A model generated the notes under the pieces. The model saw nothing but the letters and a program-made list of their open reading frames with translations. It had not been told where the DNA came from and made no database searches. 64,000 nt of DNA from assembly GCF_004010195.1 (NCBI RefSeq), contig NC_057739.1, forward strand, positions 27,849,570 through 27,913,569, read 5' to 3'. Shown piece by piece: positions 27,277 to 40,010 of this stretch. The stretch's first letter is position 1. Every line of letters begins with the position of its first letter. The stretch comes from Chiloscyllium plagiosum. Lineage: Eukaryota. The position numbers were made by a program, and so were the translations under genes.

Positions 27277-27288
27277 GGAAAAGGTAGG
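27277..27288 (-). promoter_or_regulatory. 5'TOP/TCT polypyrimidine initiator of RPL35
   Basis: cctaCCTTTTCC about 20 nt upstream of the ATG, typical of vertebrate ribosomal protein genes. Confidence 0.75.
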
Positions 27289-27699
27289 CCGAGGGGAGGG
27301 GCCTGTATTTCCACGTGACCGGTTCTACCATCCACTTCAAGGAGGGGAGGAGACAGACAACAGAGATATCCATTAAGTCAGATTTTTAACTTTACACAAA
27401 CATCATCGTCTTTTTAGAAACACATTTTTGCTTGTCTATATTCTATCGTTGTAACTAATTTAACGACGAGGTTCAATTTTCAACGAGTTTTGTTGAGTTT
27501 GGTTTCCTGCCCTCTCCCACAGATTGCACATTCCAGAGGTTGTTTCCGGTTCCGGGTCAAGCTTCAGCAGGCCCCGGGTTTGAGTGGAAGCAGCGCGATC
27601 TCCCGGTGCCGATGCAGCCTCCGGCTCAGTAGGGTGCGGAGTGAGGGAGTGGCTTATCGTCCCCATTAACATTTGCTCTTTTAACATAAGCAGGGGCAG

Positions 27700-27839
27700 A
27701 TGGCGAAAAACACGCTCTCAAACAGGTTTCGGAAAGTCGACGTTGATGAGTACGATGAAAACAAGTTTGTGGATGAGCAGGAGGAGGCGGTGGAGCAGCA
27801 GGGGCCCGATTCGCTGGAGGTGGACACTCTCATCAGGCA
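27700..27839 (+). CDS. ARPC5L: Arp2/3 complex subunit 5-like exon 1
   Basis: [46 protein letters not shown](Q)|ATATCCTT (U12 donor). Confidence 0.95.
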
Positions 27840-28659
27840 ATATCCTTCTGGCCGCGGGGGCCGTCTCCCTCTGTGCGTGAGCGCGCGTGTGTGAGAGAGA
27901 CCAGGGGCTGGCTGGCAGAGCGCCGCACACCCTGGGAGGGAAGGTGACAGCTCTCCCCTCCCCGTGCCCGCGGACCCCTCACTCTTCCCCCTGGGAACCG
28001 CATCCGCTCTCAAACTGCTGCCGACTATTAACGGCGCTGCCGGGCAGCCTGGAGCTCCCCTCGAGTGAAATTAATGACGTTGGTTTCGCACTCATCCTCC
28101 ACTGGATTGCTTCATTTTCATCGAGGTGTCGTTTAACTGACGACTTCAGTGTGAGTTGGTTATATCTTGTGCAGAATTAGTCATTTTGGAGACTTGTTTA
28201 AATCTTTTATTTTGAATGTTCAATGTTTTCCCCGCTGTGTTCAGCACTTTAAGACCTCAAACTTTTATCAGATCCGAGTGTGGAAATTGGAGGAAGGACG
28301 GACGAGGTCAATACTACTCGGTTTGTCTCTTAAAAATAGTAAAAGATCCACCGTTGTACAAGCTGTGATTGGAGTAGCAGTCAAGTCTCGGAGACAGACG
28401 ATGAAGACACCCAAAATGACATCTAAGAAATCTACTTGTCAGAACTCAGTTCGAGCTCCAAACGTACTATTGCTAAAATTAAATCATGATCCCAAAAATG
28501 TTGTTCCACCATCCAACTGGCACGACAGCCTACTGTTTTGGAACCTGATTTGAGGTCTTGTTTAAGTTAGAAAATAACCCCAATCATTTTCAGCTGCAAT
28601 GTTAACGTCCAGCCAGAATTTGAGTATTCTTAGCCAGGTCCTGCATTCTTACAAACATT

Positions 28660-30110
28660 TAAATTAAGAACAGGACGAGGCCACTTGATCCCCCTGTCAC
28701 TCAATAAGGTCATGAGGGTACTTGAGCACTGGTTGTGCACTTGAGCCAGAAGGCCTGGGTTTAAGTCCTGGCAGCTGCACAAGTTTACCATAATATTTCT
28801 GATATTGAGAAAATAAATTCAATAAGATCATGCCTGATCCGGTTATTCCATGTAATAGGTAGGTGGGGATAACATTTCAACCACACACACATGTCAGGAA
28901 TCTATTTAACTCTACCTTAAAAGAAATTCGAAGACTCTGTTTCCACCACTTTTTGTGGAAGAGCTTTCCAAAGACTAATGACTTTCTGGAAAATTTTCCT
29001 TATGTCTTAAAAGGTTCTGGAATCTTCCCATGAGGGGAGATTTCCTTTCCAAACCCTACCCTATTAAGGCTTGTCAGGATTATGTTTCCCTTACTCTTCT
29101 AAACTTCAGAATCAAGCTTAGCCTATTCAGCTTTTATTTGTAAGACAACCTGCTCATTCCAGTTATGAGGAGAAAGTGAGGACTGCAGATGCTGGACAGT
29201 CAGAGGCGAATAGTGTGATACTGGAAAAGCAACTCCCTCTCCCACTCCGACAAGACATGCAAGTCCTGGGCCGCCTCCACTGTCAAATCTAAGCCACCTG
29301 ACAACTACAGGAAGAATACCTCATCTTCCACCTTGGGACTCTTCAACTATATGGCATCAACATCAACTTCACTACTTGCCCCATCTCATACCAGATCCGA
29401 CCCTCCAACTTGGCACTGCCCCCTTGACCTGTCGGACCTGTCCATCTTCCTCCCCACTGACCTATCACAATCACCACCACCCCCCGCACACCTATTGCCT
29501 TCCCAGCTACCTTCTACCCCCCCCCTATTTATCACTCAGTCCCTTTACCCCCAACATTCCTGATGAAGGGCTTATGCCTAAAACATTGACTCTCCTGCTC
29601 CTTGGATGCTGCCTGACCTGCTGTGCTTTTCCAGTGCCACACGTTTTGACTCATTGCAATTATGAGTCATTTAACGCTTCTCTGAACTGCTTCAGGTATA
29701 TCATATTTCCTTTCTTCAATAAGGAGAACAATATTATTTGCAGCACTCGATGTGGTCTCACAAATGCCCTGTAAGGTTGGAGAGTAATTTACTTTTTGTA
29801 TTAAATTTCCCTGACAATAAACAGTAAGATTCTATTAGCTTTCCTAAATACTTGCGTGCCAACCTTGTGATTCATAGATGAGGACACTGTGTTTTGGAGC
29901 ACTGCAAGCACTCACCATTTAGATAATATGCTTCTTTCTTAATCTTGCAGCCAAAATGGGCATTTTTACTTGTATACCATTTGCTAGATTTTTGCTGACT
30001 CATTTAAACTACATCCTCTCTCTGAGATTACTTTCCTACCTACGCTTGTCTTTCGTGAACATACCTTTGGTCCGTTCATCCAAGCTGTCCCTATAAATTG
30101 TAAGAAGTTG
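28660..30110 (-). mobile_element. Old CR1 fragment(s) interrupted by a Penelope insert
   Basis: Degenerate reverse-complement CR1 3' region on both sides of 29170-29649. Confidence 0.65.
29170..29649 (+). mobile_element. Penelope 3' fragment with an inverted 5' segment and an imperfect 17-bp TSD
   Basis: QLQEEYLIFHLGTLQ remnant; ctgatgaagggcttatgcc motif; TSD ctcattccagttatgag (29153-29169) / ctcattgcaattatgag (29650-29666). Confidence 0.75.
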
Positions 30111-30114
30111 AAAC

Positions 30115-30307
30115 CCCTGCGAAACAGCCGGGGTTGTTAGAATATTGAATGGACTCACAAAACCCTTAGCATTCGCCTGTCCCTGTGTTTCTGTTTTTGC
30201 TGCTGTTTACCTATTATTTACTTAACTATGCGATCTGCCTGTATTGTTCACAAGACAAAGCTTTTCACTGTGCCTCGGTACACGTGACAGTAAATTCAAT
30301 TCGATTC
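30115..30307 (+). mobile_element. Non-LTR element 3' tail; second copy at 26318-26402
   Basis: gatctgcctgtattg.tc.caagacaaagcttttcactgtgcctcggtaca.gtgaca.taaattcaattc is shared by both copies. Confidence 0.65.
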
Positions 30308-31165
30308 ACCTCCAATACTGATCCCGTAGCCCATCACTTGTTACATTTGCGAGTTTGACCAGCCATTCTGTAAGATCACATCTGATCTGATTATATCTTC
30401 AACTCCATCCCCAATAATGTTTCACCACTTTGTTAATCAATAATCTATCCATCTCTGCCTTAAAAACCTTACCATTTGGTTGAGATGAACTATTGTACAT
30501 GATGTTCATTAGCTCCCAAAGGTGAAGCTGCTGTCAGTGTATAATGTTTGAAGTGCAAATGGAAGGGTAAGGTGAAAAGTCCAGTTTACATTTCTGGATA
30601 ATAATAGCAGTTGTGCACAATCTTCTTTGGATCTGTTTCCATTTTCCTCACAACTGATATGTATGCTGATCCAGGGGATGTTTCTTAATTGAACAAAAGT
30701 ATTTTTCTAGATGGAATTTGTACTTTTGAATGATTAATATTAGTTCTGAGATCTAGATGATAGAATTTTACATTCAATTTGAAGAGTGGGACTAAATGTA
30801 TTGAACTTAAGGGCAACTTTAAAAAACAAATTGCTGGAGAAATTAAGTAGAGGTTCATGATGAATCCAGTGACCCTTTTTCAGAAGGGTTACTGGACCCA
30901 TAATGTCTACAGATGCTGCCAGACTTGCTGAATTTCTCCAGTAATTTGTTTTTGTTAAGGAGAACAAATGTGGTCCTGAAAAGGTGAGAGAATGTGTACT
31001 GGGATCCGAGGTTAGGGGATAGATTGATTAACAAGTAGTGAAAGACTTTTAAGGGAATATTTTGGAATACTCACTAACCTGTGTATAAACCTGTCACTAA
31101 AGAACACACATTGGATTTAAATGTTTGAAATAAAACTTATTGTTCCTTGACCTGTAATCATGTAC

Positions 31166-31238
31166 AGGTGACATGCTTAGTGCATTCCATGCAGCTTTAA
31201 GAAATCCTCCAGTCAACATGAAGAATCAAGCAGTTAAG
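31166..31238 (+). CDS. ARPC5L: ARPC5L exon 2
   Basis: AC|(Q)GDMLSAFHAALRNPPVNMKNQAVK|GTATTT; 73 nt. Confidence 0.95.
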
Positions 31239-31716
31239 GTATTTGATTAATCTAGTTTAAATTATTTAACATTGTATCGAATATAAATATTCTCGAAATG
31301 CAGTGGCTTGACTCCAGAAATGCACCCGAATGTCTTGAGCAGACCTTGTCTATCTGCACAGGATAAGTTTTGTGCAGCTAAACTAATTCAATTATACTTC
31401 TGGTTTTGTCACATTAATTTAAGGGATGACATCAACTAAGTTCAGAACTTCTTGCCAGATTTCAGTTAATGGTCTTTTGATAACACTTTAAGGATAATGA
31501 TATCGGTTTGCTATTTTCCTAATTCGTACAGACCTTTAATATTTGGTATGTTATGTATTTAAAACAAAGCAATTGGTGGATGGGGTAAACTAATGTCATA
31601 ATGTAGGGTACTTGAACTTTTTTCCTGAATACCTGCAGTGAAAATTACCTAAATTTATTATAAAAGTTCCACTCTACAGTAACTGTACTAGTTAGACAGC
31701 TGAACAGTAACTTTTT

Positions 31717-32010
31717 AGAATCATAGAATCCCTACAGTGTGGAAACAGGCCCTTCAGCCCAACAAGTCCACATTGACCCTCTGAAGAGTAACGCACCTAG
31801 ACCCATTCCCATTTCCCTATCTCTACACTTACCCTGACTATTTAGCTTGGCCAATTCACCTGTCCTGCACATCTTTGCACTGTGGGAGGAAACTCACGCA
31901 GATATGAGGAGAATGTGTGTGTGGAGTTTGCACAGTCACCTGAGGCTGGAGTCGAACCCAGGTCCCTGGTGTGAGGCAGCAGTGCTAACCACTGAGCCAC
32001 TATGCTGCCC
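31717..32010 (-). mobile_element. HE1-type SINE
   Basis: Similar to 57597-57911. Confidence 0.8.
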
Positions 32011-32217
32011 TTTTGTTTTGGAAAATAGGGGCCACTATATTCAAGTAATGGCTAATAAAATGTTTCCTCTTAAATTCTGTACTGTCTGGTGCATTATATT
32101 CAATACTGCAAGGTAAAGAATAAAAGTTGTTTAATGACTGAATGACAATTCTTTTCTATAAAAATGCAATAAAAACATACAGAATACATTATAAATTGAG
32201 TTTTTTTTTCTCCACAG

Positions 32218-32394
32218 GAACGGGCACAGGCAATAGTTCTCAAAGTCCTTACATCCTTTAAAAGTAGTGAGATAGAACAGGCTGTTAAATCATTAGATAG
32301 AAATGGTGTTGATCTATTAATGAAGTACATTTATAAAGGCTTTGAAAAACCCACAGAAAACAGCAGTGCAATATTGCTACAGTGGCATGAAAAG
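32218..32394 (+). CDS. ARPC5L: ARPC5L exon 3
   Basis: CAG|[59 protein letters not shown]|GTAGGT; 177 nt. Confidence 0.97.
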
Positions 32395-32965
32395 GTAGGT
32401 TTTTTTAGTCTTTAATTTTATTTTATAGTTTTTTGCAATGGATTTGATTAGAGAGAGAGAGAGGTGGATGACTTGTTTCCATGCCTGGGCCAATGATAAG
32501 TGGTGACAGCCATTTAAGACTCTGTTGTTTTCATAAAATCTGGCCTGCAGGCAAAGAATCTGGTTTTGTGATGCTGTCACTGCTTATAATTGCTGAATAA
32601 AATGTATATGTAAAAAATAGGTCAAGGTCAGATTTACAATGTCAGCTTGATTTGCAGTAACTTCACCAGAGTTAGAAGGCTGTGGGTTTGTATTGGTAAA
32701 TGTTGTGAAATAATCACCTTAGATCCTATGCATGTGTGACAAATACTCTAACAACCAGGGAGGGTTAATTTGGATGAATTTCTTCCCAACGCAGCCAAGA
32801 AATTACCTGAGACTCAATCGGTTTCTGTATCGTAGGGCTTTACTGTGGACAAATTGGCTGCTGTACTTCAAAGTGTAATTCAGTAGTCGTGAATCACTTA
32901 AGGAATTCTTCTGATAAGTGCTGTATAAATGTAGATTGCTTGCATGTAGACCTTTTTATCAAATA

Positions 32966-33148
32966 AAGTTGGTATAGTCCAAGGTGACCATAGAGCTGCT
33001 GTCATTGAGAGAGATGACCGGTGATGGTTTAACCGGAGGTCATCATGCCCTCTATGGTAATCTCAGTTGGTGCAGGAATTGAACCTGTGCTATTGGCTTC
33101 ACTCTGCAGTGCAAATTAGCTGCCCAGCCAACTGAGCTAACCAACCCT
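32966..33148 (-). mobile_element. Short tRNA-derived SINE with a 15-bp TSD
   Basis: Head ggttagctcagttgg..ggttcaattcc; TSD cctttttatcaaata at 32951-32965 and 33149-33163. Confidence 0.75.
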
Positions 33149-33320
33149 CCTTTTTATCAAATACTGTTCAGCTACATAAATTTGCTGTGAATATTCCTAA
33201 CGTATATCATCACCACATCAAGACCACCTATTTCCTCCTGCTCTTGCTTCACCTTATCTTGTATAGAAACCATTAATACTGTTATCTTTTATACTTGATC
33301 ATTCCTTGACATGTTGAGGT

Positions 33321-33780
33321 TCTGGTTGTAAGTTTGCTAGCTGAGCTGGAAGGTTTGTTTTCAGATATTTTGTGACCATACTAGGTAACATCATCAGTGA
33401 GCCTTTGGTGGAATGCTGGTGTTATATCCTGGTTTCTTAAGGTGGGTGAAATCATTTCCGGTTCTTTTTCTCAGAGGATGGTAGATGGGGTCCAAATCAG
33501 TGTTTTATTTATTGATGGAGTTCCGGTTAGAATGCCAGTTTAATGCTTGACATTCTAACTAAAACTCCATCAATAAATAAAACACTGATTTGGACCCCAT
33601 CTACCATTCTGAGAAAAAGAACCAGAAATGATATCAACTACCTTTTTTAGAAACCATGACACAAATAGAAAGTAGGACACAACACCAGCGCTCTACTGGA
33701 TGCTCACTGATGTTACCTAGTATGGTGACAAAACATCTGAAAACAAACTTTCCAGCTCAGCGAGCAAACTTACAACCAGA
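33321..33780. repeat. Long inverted repeat made of two Penelope 3' ends
   Basis: tctggttgtaagtttgct..aaatcagtgttttatttattgatggagtt / aactccatcaataaataaaacactgattt..agcaaacttacaaccaga; arms of about 215-230 bp. Confidence 0.9.
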
Positions 33781-33930
33781 GTCATTTGGCCTAATATCTC
33801 CCATGTTGGTAGTGTCAGTTTTCTTTAGTAAAGCACCTTTTTGATGTTTTAATACAAATTATGTTTAATTTAGAAATAAAAGCTTAATCACAATGACTTG
33901 ACTATATTTTCCTCCTTTTATCCCTCACAG

Positions 33931-33993
33931 GCATTAGCAGTGGGTGGAGTAGGTTGCATAGTAAGAGTTCTCACTGCAAGAAAAACGGTTTAA
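33931..33993 (+). CDS. ARPC5L: ARPC5L exon 4 (last coding exon)
   Basis: CAG|ALAVGGVGCIVRVLTARKTV-TAA; total CDS 453 nt, which is 150 aa plus stop. Confidence 0.97.
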   Translation, partial: ALAVGGVGCIVRVLTARKTV

Positions 33994-34270
33994 AAAGTTA
34001 CATGATGCATTGACTTGAGGACAAAGCTGTTGGAAAGTACGAGGAAGCAACAGCAAGAGAAATATTTGAACCATTCTTTAAAGATTAATTCATATTAAAT
34101 GAAATTATTTTGAAAAATCACCTTGGAATGCTCTTTCAATAGATTGTGGTAGAAAGTTTGTATTACTGTATGTTTTGGCTAAGTATGACATGCAAGGTCT
34201 TGCACATTTTCAGTTCTTAGTTTTTGTTTTTACCTTTTTAAAATCTATTGAGAAACCAAATAGTGTGGCT

Positions 34271-34653
34271 AATAAAAGGTACATTTACATGATGGAAAAA
34301 ACACTGATGTGCATTTTACCCTGAATTGTGCCACATGGTGGTCTATTAAGACTTCATTGTCAGTACATGCAGTATTATAATTTTTTATTTCTTTGGGTCA
34401 CTTTCATATTGTCTTTTGTACAGTTATTGGATACTTGGTGTGATAAATATGGCAATAGTATTAGTTGAACTACCAGGGATGAATTATTGTGAAGTGCCTG
34501 CTGCAAAATAAAGCTCTTGGATCAACATCTGACAGCTTTTTGTTGTATTGTAATGTCAAAATTTTAAGGTTTGATTTCTAACTTAAAGCAGTAAGGAGAT
34601 ATCTCTACTAGATGCAACTAGTGTAATGTCAATTTAATAAATCCTGTAATAAA
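34271..34653 (+). terminator. Candidate ARPC5L polyadenylation signals
   Basis: AATAAA at 34271, 34507, 34636 and 34648; the one at 34507 is followed by a U/GU-rich tract. Confidence 0.5.
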
Positions 34654-37600
34654 GTTAATTTGTTTATGCATTACTGAAACCCTCATGGGGCTTTGTAGTA
34701 CAAAGCTGGCTATAATTAACGAATGTAATTCAGTATCAATGCAAGTTCAAGTAATCACACATTTTTGTGAAGAATTTCTCAATGCTGGCTGAGATGAGCA
34801 GTGGGAATATTAACAAGTGTTTTGCTCAAAAATAATCTGTTCCTTCCTTGAACAGTAACATTTCAGAAGTACTTTAAAGGCAGTTTATTAATACAGATTT
34901 GTTTTTGCAGTATTCTATATTATACTTCATAAAGCTGCGCACTAGGAAAAATGAAATCTATATTGAAAAGTGCACTGATGTTATACTTTAATGGGTGTAA
35001 TGTTCCTTTTAAATTCTATATTCCAACAGCTCTTTTCAGCTACCCTGACCACAACACATGGCCTAAAAATTATGGCCATATATATTGAGGCAGTTTAAAA
35101 ATCAGAACTTGACATACAGTAAACAGTGCAGACCAACTGAACTAGTTGAATACCATTCACAATAATGTACATTATTATTATTCCCATGGAATGGATTTAC
35201 CAATGAACTGCACACCACCAGTAGTAACAAATAGAGCAGCTGAATTCAAAAGTCTGAATTTAGGAATGTAATGTAAAATTCACTTTGGATGTATAATGCA
35301 TCATATAAACAATTTAGTAAAATCAAACTGTTTCCCTATTATTAAATGAAATTCGCAGGTTATAACCCATTTGATCTTTAAAAGCTTACACCTTCTCCAT
35401 TCTTTACCTCCCTTACAATCATTAAGGTGTTTTGACATGTCCCAACCAATTAGAAGGCAATTTTCAAAGTAAAAAAATCTGACATTTGTCCTTAAATGTT
35501 TATGCAAATACAAGTCTCAGCAGGTTTTTCAGGTCCAGTCCAGATTAACTACATAGTACCACAATTTACAATATTTGAATAGTATGATACATTTAGAATT
35601 TCATTGAAAGCCCAGGTCCTTATGACCACCTTGTATAAAGTTAGGTAATTTATTAATATTTTAAATTGATTCCTATACCTATTCATTCTTAAATTTTTAC
35701 ATTTCCATCTCATAAGCACATTAAATTTGTGAAAGAATTAATTATAATAACTCCTCATGCAATCTTTGACAGCTTGTCAAGAAAAAAAGATAACCCAGTT
35801 TTTACTTCCACTGTCTAAGTAGGTAACCTACTTCAAGCAAGAATAATTGCATTTTGTTGGCTTAAACTCTAATAATGTGGTCTGGGAGATGGATAACAAA
35901 ACTTGGGTCAGTCAAGGTAAAATTACACTGATCTCACTGGGATTTGAATTATACACAACCTGCAGAAGTTTGGCCTGTAGGTTTGTGTAGATTTTTCGTT
36001 AGTGCTTGAATGTTCAAAAACAAGCCAGGATGGCAGCTGCAGCACTCAAATATTCCATGCAACTTCTCACTGTCAAAATGAATTTCAAAAGCATTATTAC
36101 TAGGAAGCTAGTCAATAAAATAGTGAGATACTGCAGTCACATAAAATAACTGAAGTCAATTGCAGCACTGCCACAAGTTTTAAAAAACATGCCATTTGGT
36201 TAGGATGAAATTATTACTTTGCTTCTGCCATTATTCTATGGAAACTAAAGATGGTCTTTCAGTCTGAACCAATTAAAGCTTCTTTCTAATGTAAGTGAAC
36301 TTAGTCTGAATATTTTTACGTGACTTTAAACCTTAACATTTACTCAGGTAAAACATTTAGAAGATTGGCATCAGCATTTGGTGCAGTAATTATGAAATAA
36401 TTTGATTTTTCAAAGATTATTCAATTTCTGTGCATTCTTGCAAGAAAAATATATAAGACAGCAATTCAAATACCTTTGTCACTTTTTACCTGTCAATTGA
36501 CATGGACTGGTGTACCATTTTCAACAATTGAAATTGCAAACACATTCTGAACTACTTCTTATACTTCTTTTCAAGCTAACTGAGGTGGACAAGCTGAAAT
36601 TTTACTGAAAACCTCAACTCAATATACTTTCCTCATGAAATTGTTCCTGCATTTTTGAAGAACTGAAATTTTACCTAATCAAAGAATTCAACCACAATTT
36701 CAGCAAGTCTAAACGAATTTTAATTGGAAAGTATTGCACCTATAAATCATTCCCAAGCAAACACAGGTCAGATGAAGTATCACTTGCTTTATCCAAACCA
36801 GGTTTATAACATCAAGGGAGAGAAATTAGTTGCTAAGGCCAATCGATGCATTTATAAAGATTACACTGAACAGCATTTTTTTATACAAATAAAAGTGCAT
36901 TAGTTCATATGTAACATATATATATATTTACACACAATGTTGCTCCTGCTTTCAAGAATTCCTGGTTTCACAACAGCAGGATGAAGAAAATACTGATGGA
37001 CCATAATTATTTCAAAAGCAACATTTTCTACCTCTGAAAGGCTGTATATAATTTATGCAACTATTTTTACATCCAGTCCCAATGTGTAACAACCTTTCTT
37101 AATTTCTATACACAATACAGGTACCCTTTATAAAGGCTCCTTTGGAATGTTTAATTTTGTTTTCTCTTATGCATTAACCCAGGTAACTATATCATCCTTG
37201 CCTCCTGTTATATAGGCATCAAATCCCTTGTTTTTGGTTGTTCCAGCATTTTTACACAACACTACTGCATTCTTAAACTGCAATAAAACCACATGATAAC
37301 AATTAATCAGCAAGAACACATGCAAGGGTTCTAAATTTTGTTATGAATCAATAACCGCTCATTTTACAATTATTAGAATATTTGAGAGAAACATAGAAAA
37401 TGGACGACAGTGATACTTTGGACCAATACACAGAAAACCAATTGCAATATTTAACTTGGTTTCTTGTTTTCAGGCATCTCCTATTGGTATGATTTATCTT
37501 GCAGGTTTCCAGCTTTATTAATCCAAATGACACCAAATGATTAAGCTAAAAATGTAAATATAATTTAAAAATATGTTCTATTTGGACCATGATACTGAGT

Positions 37601-38105
37601 TCAAAATCAGTTACGGTCTGCTCTGTGGTAACAATGGGGATGGTTGGGAAAGAGCATGACTTTAACAGTGAGGAAGCAAAAACTTTTAAGCATTAATGTC
37701 TATCAATGAAGGAGAAGCACATATGCAAAGATGCAGATAATGACAGCATATCACTTCAAACAGTGTTTCATTCAAATCAGCTCAGGATTGCTACAGAGTC
37801 AAAAAGAATTGTTCCACTTGTATGCTTAGAAACTACAGAATTTCAAACCCATAATATTTGTTTGTTCACAATGAATTTCATTCCCCATAGGAGAACATTT
37901 TCATTTGCATTTAAAAGCTGTATTAATATAAAGTACGAGTTATTAAATACTTGTAAACACCTGGAAAACCTGTAATCCTGTATTAAAACACTGTCATAAC
38001 AGTGACTGAAAACACTAATAAGGATATCTTATTAACTATAGTGTTCATCAAATGAATTATGTTGATAGCTTCTTCAATGTGCACATTCCTGACACTGCAC
38101 TTGGT

Positions 38106-38189
38106 TCATTGCCAGTGAGGGGGAGGTCGGCCAGTTATTGATGGACGTATAATACCTTTAGGAGTAGGTTTTGACCCAAACCAAGACAT
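38106..38189 (-). CDS. GOLGA1: Golgin-97 last coding exon
   Basis: TAG|MSWFGSKPTPKGIIRPSITGRPPPHWQ-TGA. Confidence 0.95.
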   Translation of the reverse strand: MSWFGSKPTPKGIIRPSITGRPPPHWQ

Positions 38190-38295
38190 CTACAGTGTAA
38201 ATAGAACAATATTTAGTAAATCCACTCGATGTTAATTCGCTAAGAGTAGAAGCAGGTAAGACTCAGTGAATAAGTAGCAACAGATTATGCCATAC

Positions 38296-38382
38296 CTTAT
38301 ATTCTAAGGATTCCTTTAGCAAGTTTTCTTCTTCACGTGTAAAGTTAAGTAGCATGGATACTGCTTTCACCAGTTGATAAGC
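38296..38382 (-). CDS. GOLGA1: GOLGA1 exon (GRIP domain, C-terminal half)
   Basis: CAG|[29 protein letters not shown]|GTATGG. Confidence 0.95.
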
Positions 38383-40010
38383 CTGTGACAAAACAGTGAA
38401 TTGACTTTTTTCCTTTATTATTAGATCATTGAAAGTTGTCCTGCAACTTTCTGCAAGCAAAATACTATCCATGAATTCAAAAGGAAATTAACAAAGTTCC
38501 TGTAATTCACAAACTATTTTAAATGTAAATCTTAAGTATTTGAGTCAAAAAACTAAGTTCTCAAAAGGTTCTAAATTTTAATGCAAAACTTATTTAAAGG
38601 AGTGTTCCAGCATAAAAGACCTACAGAGGGTAAGCACTTTACAAGAAGGCAGCTCATCACGTTCTCAAGGAAGTCAGAGATGGGCAAGAAATGCCGATTC
38701 TACAACAATACCCACAACCCATGACTTTTTTTAAAATTTAAAATCTCATTCAATAGAATTATAAAAAATATTTGCCTGGGTTTCAGATCCTAGCCACCAT
38801 CTTTTTATATTATTGAAGCTAGCCACAAAAAGATTGCACTCCATTTTCTAGCCTCTGTTTCTACTGGTGGAATTCCCATGGAATTTTGATGCCTGGAAAC
38901 TTTTAGTGAGGCCATGGTTATTGTGAAAGGCAGTTTTTGAAAGTAGGTAGAGGAAACAGATGGCAAGCTCTTTTCCAACATTGTTTTGAAGACAGTACAG
39001 CAAGTCACCTATGTGCTTCTCAAGTTTTATGTTTTAAGGTTCAAATGTTGTCTGTTCACTACATTTGAAGACACTATTTGTTTTGAGAGACCATTTCTTT
39101 CTAGGTTGCATTTGAAACTAAACTGCTGATAGCAGAAACAGTATTTGCTGCACACTTGTGTTAAGTGCACAGCAAACAATCACAGTACACAATGTCAAGA
39201 ATGTTTTTCACTCCACATAATCCTTTCATTGTACAAGAATTTAAGTCAGTTACAACTGTGTCCAGTTCTAGTCTTCTTGTGTAAAGTCCATTGGACTAGA
39301 GAAGGGCAACTGATTATTATCCAAATTAAATACTCTAATTATCAGTATATACTGGGAGAAGTAGTCCTTCACACTTTGAAAAAGTGAAGACTTCGAAGAT
39401 ATGACTGACGTATAAAATAATGAATTATTTCAGTTGAGGTAGAAAAGCTAGAGGTTTTTGGCAGTATCCATGCAGCTTATAAAAGCATAACATAGCTTTT
39501 AGGAACTTTAAAACATCAACCAGCTTTGGATTAGGTTTGTGCTGGGTGTGAATCACACAAACCTTTGAAAAGGAGCTGGAAAAGTCATTAGAAAGTAGTT
39601 GGGTTAGTGCCAGTGGAGCTTCTGAGATGACCTTGAGATATTAAGGAGGTTTTACTCTATGTGGATATTAGGTTTCACTTCATCTCTCCCAGAAAGGTGC
39701 ATAACCATTGAGGAAGCTGGTGCAATAAGGTTGATTGTATATTCAGCTTATTCAGATTGTAGCATTGTCAGAATGGGTTCAGCCTGATGCTCCAGTAGGG
39801 CTTTGCTTGTCATTTTCCAGATATTTCATGTCTGGTTCTCAGTCAATATCGAAATGCACATCTGAATTCTACATCTACTAGTCATCAAATCACTGAAGAA
39901 TCATTCTCTTTCAACGTTTAAAACCAGATCTGCACTAATTCCCAACAATGATAAATGAAACAGGTTTTCTCTTGAGTATTTGTAGCTTATTGCAATCATT
40001 AGTAACTCAC

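Larger units (their letters stand above)
26850..28070. promoter_or_regulatory. CpG-rich bidirectional promoter region of RPL35 and ARPC5L
   Basis: The most CpG-dense non-repeat region in the window; start codons about 440 bp apart; E-box CACGTG at 27312-27317; ETS-like TTCCGG pair at 27544-27555. Confidence 0.8.
27840..31165 (+). other. U12-type AT-AC intron (ARPC5L intron 1)
   Basis: 5' site ATATCCTTCT, branch site TTCCTTGAC at 31143-31151, 3' site TAC at 31163-31165; the junction restores ..IRQGDML.. in frame. Confidence 0.93.

Noticed and set aside
27840-27894. C-terminal part of the 64-aa ORF 27700-27894
   Set aside because: Read-through into the U12 intron; ARPC5L homology stops at 27839
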